A stretch of DNA of 64,000 nucleotides from Paracoccaceae bacterium. Its GTDB lineage: Bacteria > Pseudomonadota > Alphaproteobacteria > Rhodobacterales > Rhodobacteraceae. This document shows, in pieces, positions 45,565-53,024 of this stretch. The notes under the pieces were generated by a model. It saw only the letters and a list, made by a program, of their open reading frames with translations. It did no database searches and was not told the origin of the DNA. The translations under genes were made by a program, and so were the position numbers. The stretch is from NCBI GenBank assembly GCA_028112705.1, contig JAOGYN010000005.1, positions 15,527 through 79,526 of the forward strand, written 5' to 3'. Numbering within the stretch: the stretch's first letter is position 1; each line of letters begins with the position of its first letter.

Positions 45565-45594
45565 ATTATGTATATACATAATAGTGTGATCACA
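45565..45594. promoter_or_regulatory. Two adjacent perfect palindromes (18-bp ATTATGTATATACATAAT and 10-bp TGTGATCACA) upstream of the ABC operon
   Basis: Read directly, 103-132 nt upstream of the ATPase start codon (45462). The operator role is inferred. Confidence 0.3.
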
Positions 45595-45636
45595 GTAAGA
45601 ATTAAAAGGCAATACCATAAACTAAAAAATTTTAAC

Positions 45637-46512
45637 TTACACTCTACTTTTATTGTAGGTTTTGACTGATATTGGCTCCTCACCCTCTATTGTACACCTT
45701 TGCATAACCCTTCTATGCTTAGAAACTTCTCCAAAATAATCAGCTACTGCATGATGCAAGCAAACACGATTATCCCAAAGAGCAAGTGAACCCTTCTCCC
45801 ACTGTAAGCGGCAACCAAGATGAGCCTCCTTTGAGTGCTCATAAAGAAAATTTAAAATAGGAGCACTTTCTTTATCAGTCATCCCTTTTATTCGTTTTGT
45901 AAAAGCAAGCGAACTAAATAAAGCTTTTTTTCCTGTACCAGGATGAACACGAACCATAGGGTGAACAGCCCCCATTGCTCCTTTTTTGCCTAACTCCTCC
46001 ATTGATTGATACCGATTACTATATTTTTCAGGATTACCAGACTCATTTTCTGCTTCTAAGCCATCGAGCAAATCTTTCATTCCATCAGAAAGTGTATCAT
46101 AAGCTAGATACATATTTGTAAATGCCGTATCAGCCCCAAATGGTGGACATTCTTTTGCATACAAGGTCGCTCCCAAAGGGGGTTTTTTTAAAAACATCAG
46201 GTCAGAATGATAAAAACCATCCCAACTATACGATTCACCTGGTTCTCTAATGATCTTAAAAATTTCAGGTATTTCAGGTAATCCCTTCACATAGGGGTGA
46301 GGAATTAATTTTCCAAACCTTTGCGTAAAATTAAATTGCTGCTGATCGGTCAAATTCTGATCTCTAAAAATGAGTACAAGAAAATTATGAAAAGCTTCCT
46401 TGATTTCATTCCAAGTTTCAGAACTTAATTCACTTGATAGATCAACGTCAAAAACCTCAGCACCCATTGCTCCTGAAATTGGTTTTACTTTTATGTGTTT
46501 AAAATTTTGCAT
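45637..46512 (-). CDS. TauD/TfdA-family Fe(II)/2-oxoglutarate dioxygenase
   Basis: HxD iron ligands in FYHSDLMF, plus VHPMVRVHPGTGKKALF and …ALWDNRVCLHHA segments. 291 aa. Confidence 0.75.
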   Translation of the reverse strand: MQNFKHIKVKPISGAMGAEVFDVDLSSELSSETWNEIKEAFHNFLVLIFRDQNLTDQQQFNFTQRFGKLIPHPYVKGLPEIPEIFKIIREPGESYSWDGFYHSDLMFLKKPPLGATLYAKECPPFGADTAFTNMYLAYDTLSDGMKDLLDGLEAENESGNPEKYSNRYQSMEELGKKGAMGAVHPMVRVHPGTGKKALFSSLAFTKRIKGMTDKESAPILNFLYEHSKEAHLGCRLQWEKGSLALWDNRVCLHHAVADYFGEVSKHRRVMQRCTIEGEEPISVKTYNKSRV

Positions 46513-46582
46513 TTTCCTATCTCCTTTTTATTTGGTTTCCCTAATATAATTATAGAACTACAATAGCCGTGGGTACAAAACT

Positions 46583-46651
46583 CGCCATATAGATAGGAAA
46601 TTTCGCCAATGAGGGTTCCGAAACACGCCATATCAATAAAAAACTACGCCA
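46583..46651 (+). promoter_or_regulatory. Four direct CGCCA repeats phased 21/22/21 bp in a divergent promoter region
   Basis: aaaactCGCCAtat (46583), aaatttCGCCAatg (46604), gaaacaCGCCAtat (46626), aaactaCGCCAaca (46647). These and one other CG (cCGaaac, 46619) are the only CGs in this stretch. The binding-site role is inferred. Confidence 0.4.
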
Positions 46652-46756
46652 ACAAAATATTTTTACCGTGTATTATAAAATATATTAAATTAATAATGCT
46701 GTGGAAGTTGAAACAGTCTAATCTAAAGTAATTTTAAATATAGTGGAAACCAGTTT

Positions 46757-47770
46757 ATGATTAATGCACAAACAAGAATAAAAATAAATATTGATTTAAA
46801 CCTTACTGGCCGTCAATTTGGTGAACTGATGTTACCTTGGTCTGATAACTCTATACCACTTGGATATCACCCTACCCCTCTGATCAGTATCAAAAATGGA
46901 GATGGTAAAAAAATCTTGATAATTGGTGGAACCCATGGAGACGAATTCGAAGGTCCATCAGCAATAATGCGGATAGCTAGAGCACTTGAATTGGATAAAA
47001 TAAATGGACACATTATTTTGATACCGGCGCTAACATTCGCCGCAGTGCAAAAATCAAGTCGCACAAATCCATTAGATAATGTCAACATGAACAGAGCATT
47101 TCCTGGCAATCCAAACGGAACACTAACGGAAATGTTAGCACATTTTTTAGAAAGTGAGCTAATACCATCCTGTGACGCAATAATCGACTTACATTCAGGT
47201 GGCAAAGCATCCTTTTTTGAACCATGTGCCTTAGCCACTAGCTCAAAAAATAAAGATCTTTTTAGAAGTAATTTGAATCTCGCTGAAGCATTTGGAATTC
47301 CACTTATATGGGTTTTAGGTAAAAATAATGACGATCGTTCATTAAACTCCGCTGCTGAACGCGCAAATGTAGCTATGATGGCTGCAGAACTGGGTGGTGG
47401 TGGTGGTGTTAGCCCAGAAATAACAAATATTGCTGAAACAGGTTTAATTAATATCCTAAATTATTTAAATATTCTTAAAACTAAAAGCTTTGTAAGCAAA
47501 AATAAAATAAAAAAAATTGAACTTAGTAATCCAAGTGCTAGTATTTATGCTCCATCAAAAGGATTATTTGATCGCGCTGTCAAAGCTGGGCAGAGTGTAG
47601 AAGTTGGCCAAACTGCAGGCTGGTTTCATTACCTGTTAGAGCCAAACAGACCCTCTTTTAAATTAACATTCAAATACAATGGCTTTATTTTAGCTCATAC
47701 AAATCGAGGAATTGTTGAAAAAGGAGAAATGTTAGCATTGGTCGCAAATGATATTTTACCAAATGACTAA
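46757..47770 (+). CDS. Succinylglutamate desuccinylase/aspartoacylase-family zinc deacylase (DoeB-like)
   Basis: IIGGTHGDEFEGP zinc-ligand segment and …IDLHSGG…. 337 aa. Confidence 0.7.
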   Translation: MINAQTRIKINIDLNLTGRQFGELMLPWSDNSIPLGYHPTPLISIKNGDGKKILIIGGTHGDEFEGPSAIMRIARALELDKINGHIILIPALTFAAVQKSSRTNPLDNVNMNRAFPGNPNGTLTEMLAHFLESELIPSCDAIIDLHSGGKASFFEPCALATSSKNKDLFRSNLNLAEAFGIPLIWVLGKNNDDRSLNSAAERANVAMMAAELGGGGGVSPEITNIAETGLINILNYLNILKTKSFVSKNKIKKIELSNPSASIYAPSKGLFDRAVKAGQSVEVGQTAGWFHYLLEPNRPSFKLTFKYNGFILAHTNRGIVEKGEMLALVANDILPND

Positions 47771-47801
47771 TACTTTCATTATGCAACAGAGACCAGAAAG
47801 T

Positions 47802-48302
47802 TTAATCAGCTAAAGTTTTATTAAGATAATCAGCAATCATGTCGCCAAAACTTCGGTCAACTGCAAACTGAAAGCCATTTTCAACTCTAGATATCAAAGC
47901 TTTCAAACCAAACACCTCACCAAATGTTGTGTTTTGTTCCAAAAATTCACTTGTATTTATATTTAAAGGCGTGGCTATCGACATTATATCCGAGGCATTT
48001 GGACCAATTACACTAAAGAATGTTAGAGTGTCCGAAATTAAAACTATGCTAATTGAAGAAGGGCAAGCTTCTGGCTTCAAGATAGTTATCAGATGCTCTT
48101 CATCTTCAATTGGTGCTTTTAAAATCCAATGATTTTCACCAACCAACATCAATTTCCAATTATTCTCACACACGAATGTATTCGGTTCCTTTGGAAACCA
48201 TTTAAAAAATGATTTCAAATACTTCTCAACATCTTTTGAATCGCCTTTTAAATCAAAAAGTGCGGATATTTTTTCTCTTATAATTTTCACATCATAATTC
48301 AT
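47802..48302 (-). CDS. soxG: Sarcosine oxidase gamma subunit
   Basis: Called mainly from position (1 nt after soxA) and size (166 aa). Sequence similarity is weak by eye. Confidence 0.6.
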   Translation of the reverse strand: MNYDVKIIREKISALFDLKGDSKDVEKYLKSFFKWFPKEPNTFVCENNWKLMLVGENHWILKAPIEDEEHLITILKPEACPSSISIVLISDTLTFFSVIGPNASDIMSIATPLNINTSEFLEQNTTFGEVFGLKALISRVENGFQFAVDRSFGDMIADYLNKTLAD

Positions 48303-48303
48303 T

Positions 48304-51243
48304 TTAAGACCTTAATAATTGCCCCTTGGGATCATGAAAAACTGGAGGCACAATCTTAGCCCTAATAACTTTATCTTGTAGCCTCACATATGCTGTTTCA
48401 CCATGGCGAGAATGGCCCCTCTCAAGTAAAGCTAAGCCAACCCAACTATTATTCACAACACTCCACACACAAGCAGTAGTAAAACCCTCTGTCGCTCTCT
48501 TTTGTCCTTCTGGAGTAATCGGAGCGCCTTCTGGGATTGCTTCATTTGGATCATTTGGCAATAACCCAACCAACTCACGCCTTGTTTTTTTTAAATCTCG
48601 GCGTAAATGAACTGAGCGTTTGCCTATAAAATCAGGTTTTTTCTTAGACATTATCCAACCCATTCCTAGATCATATGCATCAACTGTACCGTCAACTTCA
48701 TGCCCGAGTGATAAAAAACCTTTTTCAACACGTAATACGTGGCTAGCTTCAGAGCCCACAGGTAAAATACCAAACTCAGAGCCAATTTCCATTATTTTCT
48801 CCCAAAGGTTTAATAAATCTCTTGGGGAAACATTTATTTCAAATGAAAGTTCTCCAGTAAAGCTCACACGAATGACTCTAGAAGGGATATTAGCAACCAG
48901 TCCCTCACGTAGCGCCATAAAAGGAAAAGCTGTTTGGGAAAGATCAATGTCTGTTCCCAATTTAGCTAATAAATCTCTGGCTTTTGGACCACAAATGGTT
49001 GCGTTATTCCACTGATTTGTAATGCCTGTGATTTTAACGTCCCACTCTGGGCGATCAAAAGCTAGAATCTTCTCCATATGCTGATTAACGCCATCAGAAT
49101 GGCCAGAAGATGTGGAGATTAACCAACGGTTTTCATCAACCCTAAAAGCTACACCGTCATCAAAAATTAAACCATCTTCGGAAAGCATTAATCCGTATCT
49201 GCCATTACCTGGAGACAATGAAGACATTACATTAGTGTAAATTAAATCAAGAAACTCTCCAACATGTTTACCTTTTAATTCAAACTTACCAAGGGGAGAT
49301 CCATCATAAACACCTACTCCAGTTCGCACAGCTCTACATTCTCGATTAACCGCTTCTTGAAAGTCTTCACCAGCTTTAGGAAAATAACCTGGTCTACGCC
49401 AACGTGCACCCGCCTCATACATAAAGGCACCTTTATCGTGGTTCCATTGGGTAACCGGGGTATGTCTATAAGGTAAGATTACAGAACCTTCTCGAACGCC
49501 ACTAATTGAACCAAAAGATACGGGTGTGAAAGGTGACCTAAAGGTAGTTGTACCCACTTCTCCCAAACCAACACCTTCTTGCATCGCTATGGTACCAATT
49601 ATGTTAATATTACCTGTCTTCCCTTGATCAAAGCCCATACCACCAGTTGTATAGCGTTTAACATGCTCAACGTTTGAATAGCCTTCTCGCAAGGCTAATT
49701 GCACATCATCGTAAGTCACATCATTTTGAATATCAAAAAATGCCTTACTTTTTTCTTTGGAAAGGTTTGTATTCCATAATGGTACTATAGAATAGGTTTC
49801 TGCTTCACAATCCAGGTGGTCATCAAACTCTATATATAAATTAATATCAGCTAACGTCTTGTAAATTACCACTTTGGTCTCTTCAAATAGCTCAGTTAAC
49901 GCAAAAATTCCATTACAAGCACCAACACTTGATGCATTTTGAACATCCTTATTGGGAACAAAAGCAGCAATCTTTTCATCAAACCGTACACTACCTCGAG
50001 ACTGAGAATGGAGATGAACAGTTGGATTCCAGCCCCCAGAGTGAGCTACTAAGTCACATACAATTATTTTTGATTTTTTATCAACAACTGACTCAATTAC
50101 CACTGAAGTTACTTTCTTATACCCAGTGACATTCTTAATTATTGATCCTGAAAAAACATCAATGTCTTCAGCACTTCGTAGTACGTTTACAGGAATTTCA
50201 AACCGTGAATCTACAATCGCTGCAATTTTGATACCAGCATTTTGAAAGTCCTTAATACAAGTGTAGGCGCTATCATTATTTGTAAATATTACAATATTAT
50301 TTCCAGGTTTTACGGCATATCTATTAAGGTAACCTTGAACAGCAGAAGCAAGCATGACACCTGGACGGTCATTATTCGCAAAAACCAAGGCCCTTTCCAT
50401 AGCCCCAGCTGCAATAATTGTTTTTCCAGTTCGAACCCGCCAACTTCTCTCAATAATAGAGCTATCATTTATCTCTCGTTGATTAACAATGACAAGATTA
50501 TGTTCTCTATAAGCCCAGGCAGTGCTATTTTGTAAATGTAGCACATTTGGCATTTTTGAAATTTCGCTTACAACTTCAGAAACCCAAGACATCGCAGGCT
50601 TGTTATTTATTTGTAATTTCAAATTCAGCAAGCTACCTCCTGCCTCTGAATTTTGATCAATTAAAAATACATTTGCTCCCGCCCTGCCTGCAATTAATGC
50701 CGCTAAAAGACCTGAGGGTCCAGAGCCGATGATTAATATATCACAATGTGCATTACGAGACTCAAAATGACCATTTTTAGGTGGGCTTTTTGGTGCACTA
50801 GCTAAACCAGCAGCTTTCCTAATAGAGGGTTCGAACAAATGCCAATTAGGCCATTTAAAAGTCTTATAATAAAATCCTGCAGGAATAAATTTAGAAAAAA
50901 TCTGAGTAATTGCACCAAGATCAAAATCAACACTGGGCCAGCAGTTGATAGATTTAGCCTTTAAACCACTCTTAAGTAAAACAGTCGTGGATAAATTATT
51001 TCCAGAAGCATCCTCCCCCATAAGCTCAACTAAGGAGGCCGGCTCTTCAACGCCAATGCCAATCACACCTCGTGGTCGATGATACTTAAAGCTTCTTGCA
51101 GTTACCATAACATCATTGGCAATTAATGCTGAAGCTAAAGTATCTCCTTTAAATCCTTTATAATTTTTACCATTAAATGAAAACTTAAGAACACTCGAGC
51201 GATCAATTCTTCCACCATCTTTTAAACGATTTTTATTGTCCAT
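48304..51243 (-). CDS. soxA: Sarcosine oxidase alpha subunit
   Basis: N-terminal NRLKDGGRIDRSSVLKFSFNGKNYKGFKGDTLASALIAN, NAD fold ILIIGSGPSGLLAA, and a C-terminal aminomethyltransferase-like domain. The ATG at 51243 is preferred (11-nt overlap with soxD). An in-frame ATG also exists at 51264. Confidence 0.9.
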   Translation of the reverse strand: MDNKNRLKDGGRIDRSSVLKFSFNGKNYKGFKGDTLASALIANDVMVTARSFKYHRPRGVIGIGVEEPASLVELMGEDASGNNLSTTVLLKSGLKAKSINCWPSVDFDLGAITQIFSKFIPAGFYYKTFKWPNWHLFEPSIRKAAGLASAPKSPPKNGHFESRNAHCDILIIGSGPSGLLAALIAGRAGANVFLIDQNSEAGGSLLNLKLQINNKPAMSWVSEVVSEISKMPNVLHLQNSTAWAYREHNLVIVNQREINDSSIIERSWRVRTGKTIIAAGAMERALVFANNDRPGVMLASAVQGYLNRYAVKPGNNIVIFTNNDSAYTCIKDFQNAGIKIAAIVDSRFEIPVNVLRSAEDIDVFSGSIIKNVTGYKKVTSVVIESVVDKKSKIIVCDLVAHSGGWNPTVHLHSQSRGSVRFDEKIAAFVPNKDVQNASSVGACNGIFALTELFEETKVVIYKTLADINLYIEFDDHLDCEAETYSIVPLWNTNLSKEKSKAFFDIQNDVTYDDVQLALREGYSNVEHVKRYTTGGMGFDQGKTGNINIIGTIAMQEGVGLGEVGTTTFRSPFTPVSFGSISGVREGSVILPYRHTPVTQWNHDKGAFMYEAGARWRRPGYFPKAGEDFQEAVNRECRAVRTGVGVYDGSPLGKFELKGKHVGEFLDLIYTNVMSSLSPGNGRYGLMLSEDGLIFDDGVAFRVDENRWLISTSSGHSDGVNQHMEKILAFDRPEWDVKITGITNQWNNATICGPKARDLLAKLGTDIDLSQTAFPFMALREGLVANIPSRVIRVSFTGELSFEINVSPRDLLNLWEKIMEIGSEFGILPVGSEASHVLRVEKGFLSLGHEVDGTVDAYDLGMGWIMSKKKPDFIGKRSVHLRRDLKKTRRELVGLLPNDPNEAIPEGAPITPEGQKRATEGFTTACVWSVVNNSWVGLALLERGHSRHGETAYVRLQDKVIRAKIVPPVFHDPKGQLLRS

Positions 51244-51487
51244 CTTGGGTCTCCAAGATATCATGTGTTACCGTATTACGTGTTATAGCAAACCATTTTC
51301 CACACCCACGCGCATGCCACCAGTATTCCTGCACTGGACCTGTGGGGTTAGGAACCAATGTTAAATATTCAACCCATTCAGTATCTGTAGAAATATTAGG
51401 GTCAGGCCTATTCACTCCCACAGGGCCACCATATACAAATTCTGTTTCATTACGGTTTTTACAAAATGGACAATTTATCAATAACAT
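51233..51487 (-). CDS. soxD: Sarcosine oxidase delta subunit
   Basis: MLLINCPFCKNRNETEFVYGG… with Cys/His zinc ligands. 84 aa. Confidence 0.85.
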   Translation of the reverse strand: MLLINCPFCKNRNETEFVYGGPVGVNRPDPNISTDTEWVEYLTLVPNPTGPVQEYWWHARGCGKWFAITRNTVTHDILETQDGQ

Positions 51488-51498
51488 AATTTTACCTA

Positions 51499-52749
51499 TT
51501 AACGTGCAGTTGTTGTGCCCGTCTCCAAAATATAATCTAAATTTTTAAAACGGTTAAATGAAAAGTCAGCCATCAACGGATGTGGAGAGTTTGTTGCAAC
51601 TTGGTGCGCCATTGTTAAACCCCCTGCAGGTATTGCTTTATAACCGCCCCACCAACCGGCACTTACATACAAACCAGAAACGCTTGTTTCATCCATTATC
51701 GGTGAGGCATCTGGTGTTATATCTAGATGTCCACCCCACTGTCTTAAGAGTTTTAGTTTTTTAAAAGCTGGGAAAAGTTCAAGCATAGCTCCTACCGTAT
51801 CTTCGAACACATGCTGTTTTATGTCTCTTCTGAAACTTTGACCGGAGTCTGGAGCACCTCCAATCACAAGTTCTCCCTTATCAGATTGGCTAAAGTAAAA
51901 CCCTAAATCAGAACAATTAACAATTACATCAACTAAAGGTTTGATAGGTTCTGAAACAAATGCAGTTAAATTCATCGTTCTTAGTGGCAGTCTTAATCCA
52001 GCAGTTTCTGTTAACGTGGTGGTGTGTCCAGAAACCGATACAATAACTTTTTTAGCTTTAACAATGCCTTTTACAGTATCAACTCCCTCAATATTTCCAT
52101 TAATTCCTCTAATTAGCGACTTAACACCTGTTTGTTGATGCATTTCCACACCAAGTGAGTCTGCCGCCCGAGCATATCCCCACGCTACAGCATCATGCCT
52201 ATTAACCCCGGCATCTTTATGTACCATTCCACCGATTATTGGCAGTCTTGAATTTGCCCCACCACCAGTTAAAGCTGGAATTAACTTACGGACTTGCTCA
52301 GTCGAAATTTGCTCATACGATGAGCCATAAATATCCATAGTTAATTGACGGCGCCTAAGATCACGCATCTTTGGATAATTGTGAACAACATCCACCATTG
52401 TTCGCTTAGAATGCATCATATTAAAATTTAAATTTTTTGTTAAACCTTCATAAAGGCTGACTGATTTAACATAGAATGGAATAGACTGATCTCTTAAATA
52501 ATTGGAACGCACCGTTACTGTGTTGCGGGCAACATTTCCCCCACCAAGCCAACCACGTTCCAAAACAGCCACGTTTGTAATCCCATATTCAGATGCCAAG
52601 TAATAAGCTGTCGCTAAACCATGCCCACCAGCACCAATTATAATAACGTCATATTCATCCTTCAGCGGTGGACTACGCCAAACTTTCTGCCAATTCCGAT
52701 GACCCGTAAAAGCATTTTTTGCTAAGGAAAATAGAGAATAATTCTGCAT
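51499..52749 (-). CDS. soxB: Sarcosine oxidase beta subunit
   Basis: YDVIIIGAGGHGLATAYYLA FAD fold. 416 aa. First gene of the soxBDAG order. Confidence 0.9.
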   Translation of the reverse strand: MQNYSLFSLAKNAFTGHRNWQKVWRSPPLKDEYDVIIIGAGGHGLATAYYLASEYGITNVAVLERGWLGGGNVARNTVTVRSNYLRDQSIPFYVKSVSLYEGLTKNLNFNMMHSKRTMVDVVHNYPKMRDLRRRQLTMDIYGSSYEQISTEQVRKLIPALTGGGANSRLPIIGGMVHKDAGVNRHDAVAWGYARAADSLGVEMHQQTGVKSLIRGINGNIEGVDTVKGIVKAKKVIVSVSGHTTTLTETAGLRLPLRTMNLTAFVSEPIKPLVDVIVNCSDLGFYFSQSDKGELVIGGAPDSGQSFRRDIKQHVFEDTVGAMLELFPAFKKLKLLRQWGGHLDITPDASPIMDETSVSGLYVSAGWWGGYKAIPAGGLTMAHQVATNSPHPLMADFSFNRFKNLDYILETGTTTAR

Positions 52750-52852
52750 AAAAATATCTTATTTAAAACTTTAAAAATTCAAGGGAATTTATTTATAATC
52801 TAACAATAATCATTCTAATAACAAATATTCAATCCCAAAAGGTGGCAAAAGT

Positions 52853-52878
52853 CGTCATTTTGATTTAATTACACGTCA
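52853..52878 (+). promoter_or_regulatory. Two direct CGTCA repeats exactly 21 bp apart upstream of soxB
   Basis: aaagtCGTCAtttt (52853) and ttacaCGTCAaaga (52874), 104-129 nt upstream of the soxB start on the opposite strand. The binding-site role is inferred. Confidence 0.3.
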
Positions 52879-53024
52879 AAGAGATAATTAATAGAACAAA
52901 AGTTTTGAATATTGGTTTGCACTATTTCAAATAGCTAATAATATAGATTAACAAAAACTAAATATTACGAATTCGTAGAAGCTCCCTAAAGACACTAATA
53001 GGCCTTCAACCTGAGGTAAAAAAA

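Noticed and set aside
45585-45594. TGTGATCACA as a CRP/cAMP-receptor site linked to the cyclases
   Set aside because: The CRP consensus is TGTGA-N6-TCACA. Here the half-sites abut with no spacer, and no CRP-family gene is present in the window. I kept it only as a generic palindrome.
51244-51264. Longer SoxA N-terminus (MISWRPK…) used by the ORF track
   Set aside because: The extension would overlap soxD by 32 nt and adds residues absent from the usual SoxA N-terminus (…NRL…GGRIDRS…). The ATG at 51243 gives the typical short overlap. The upstream ATG cannot be formally excluded.
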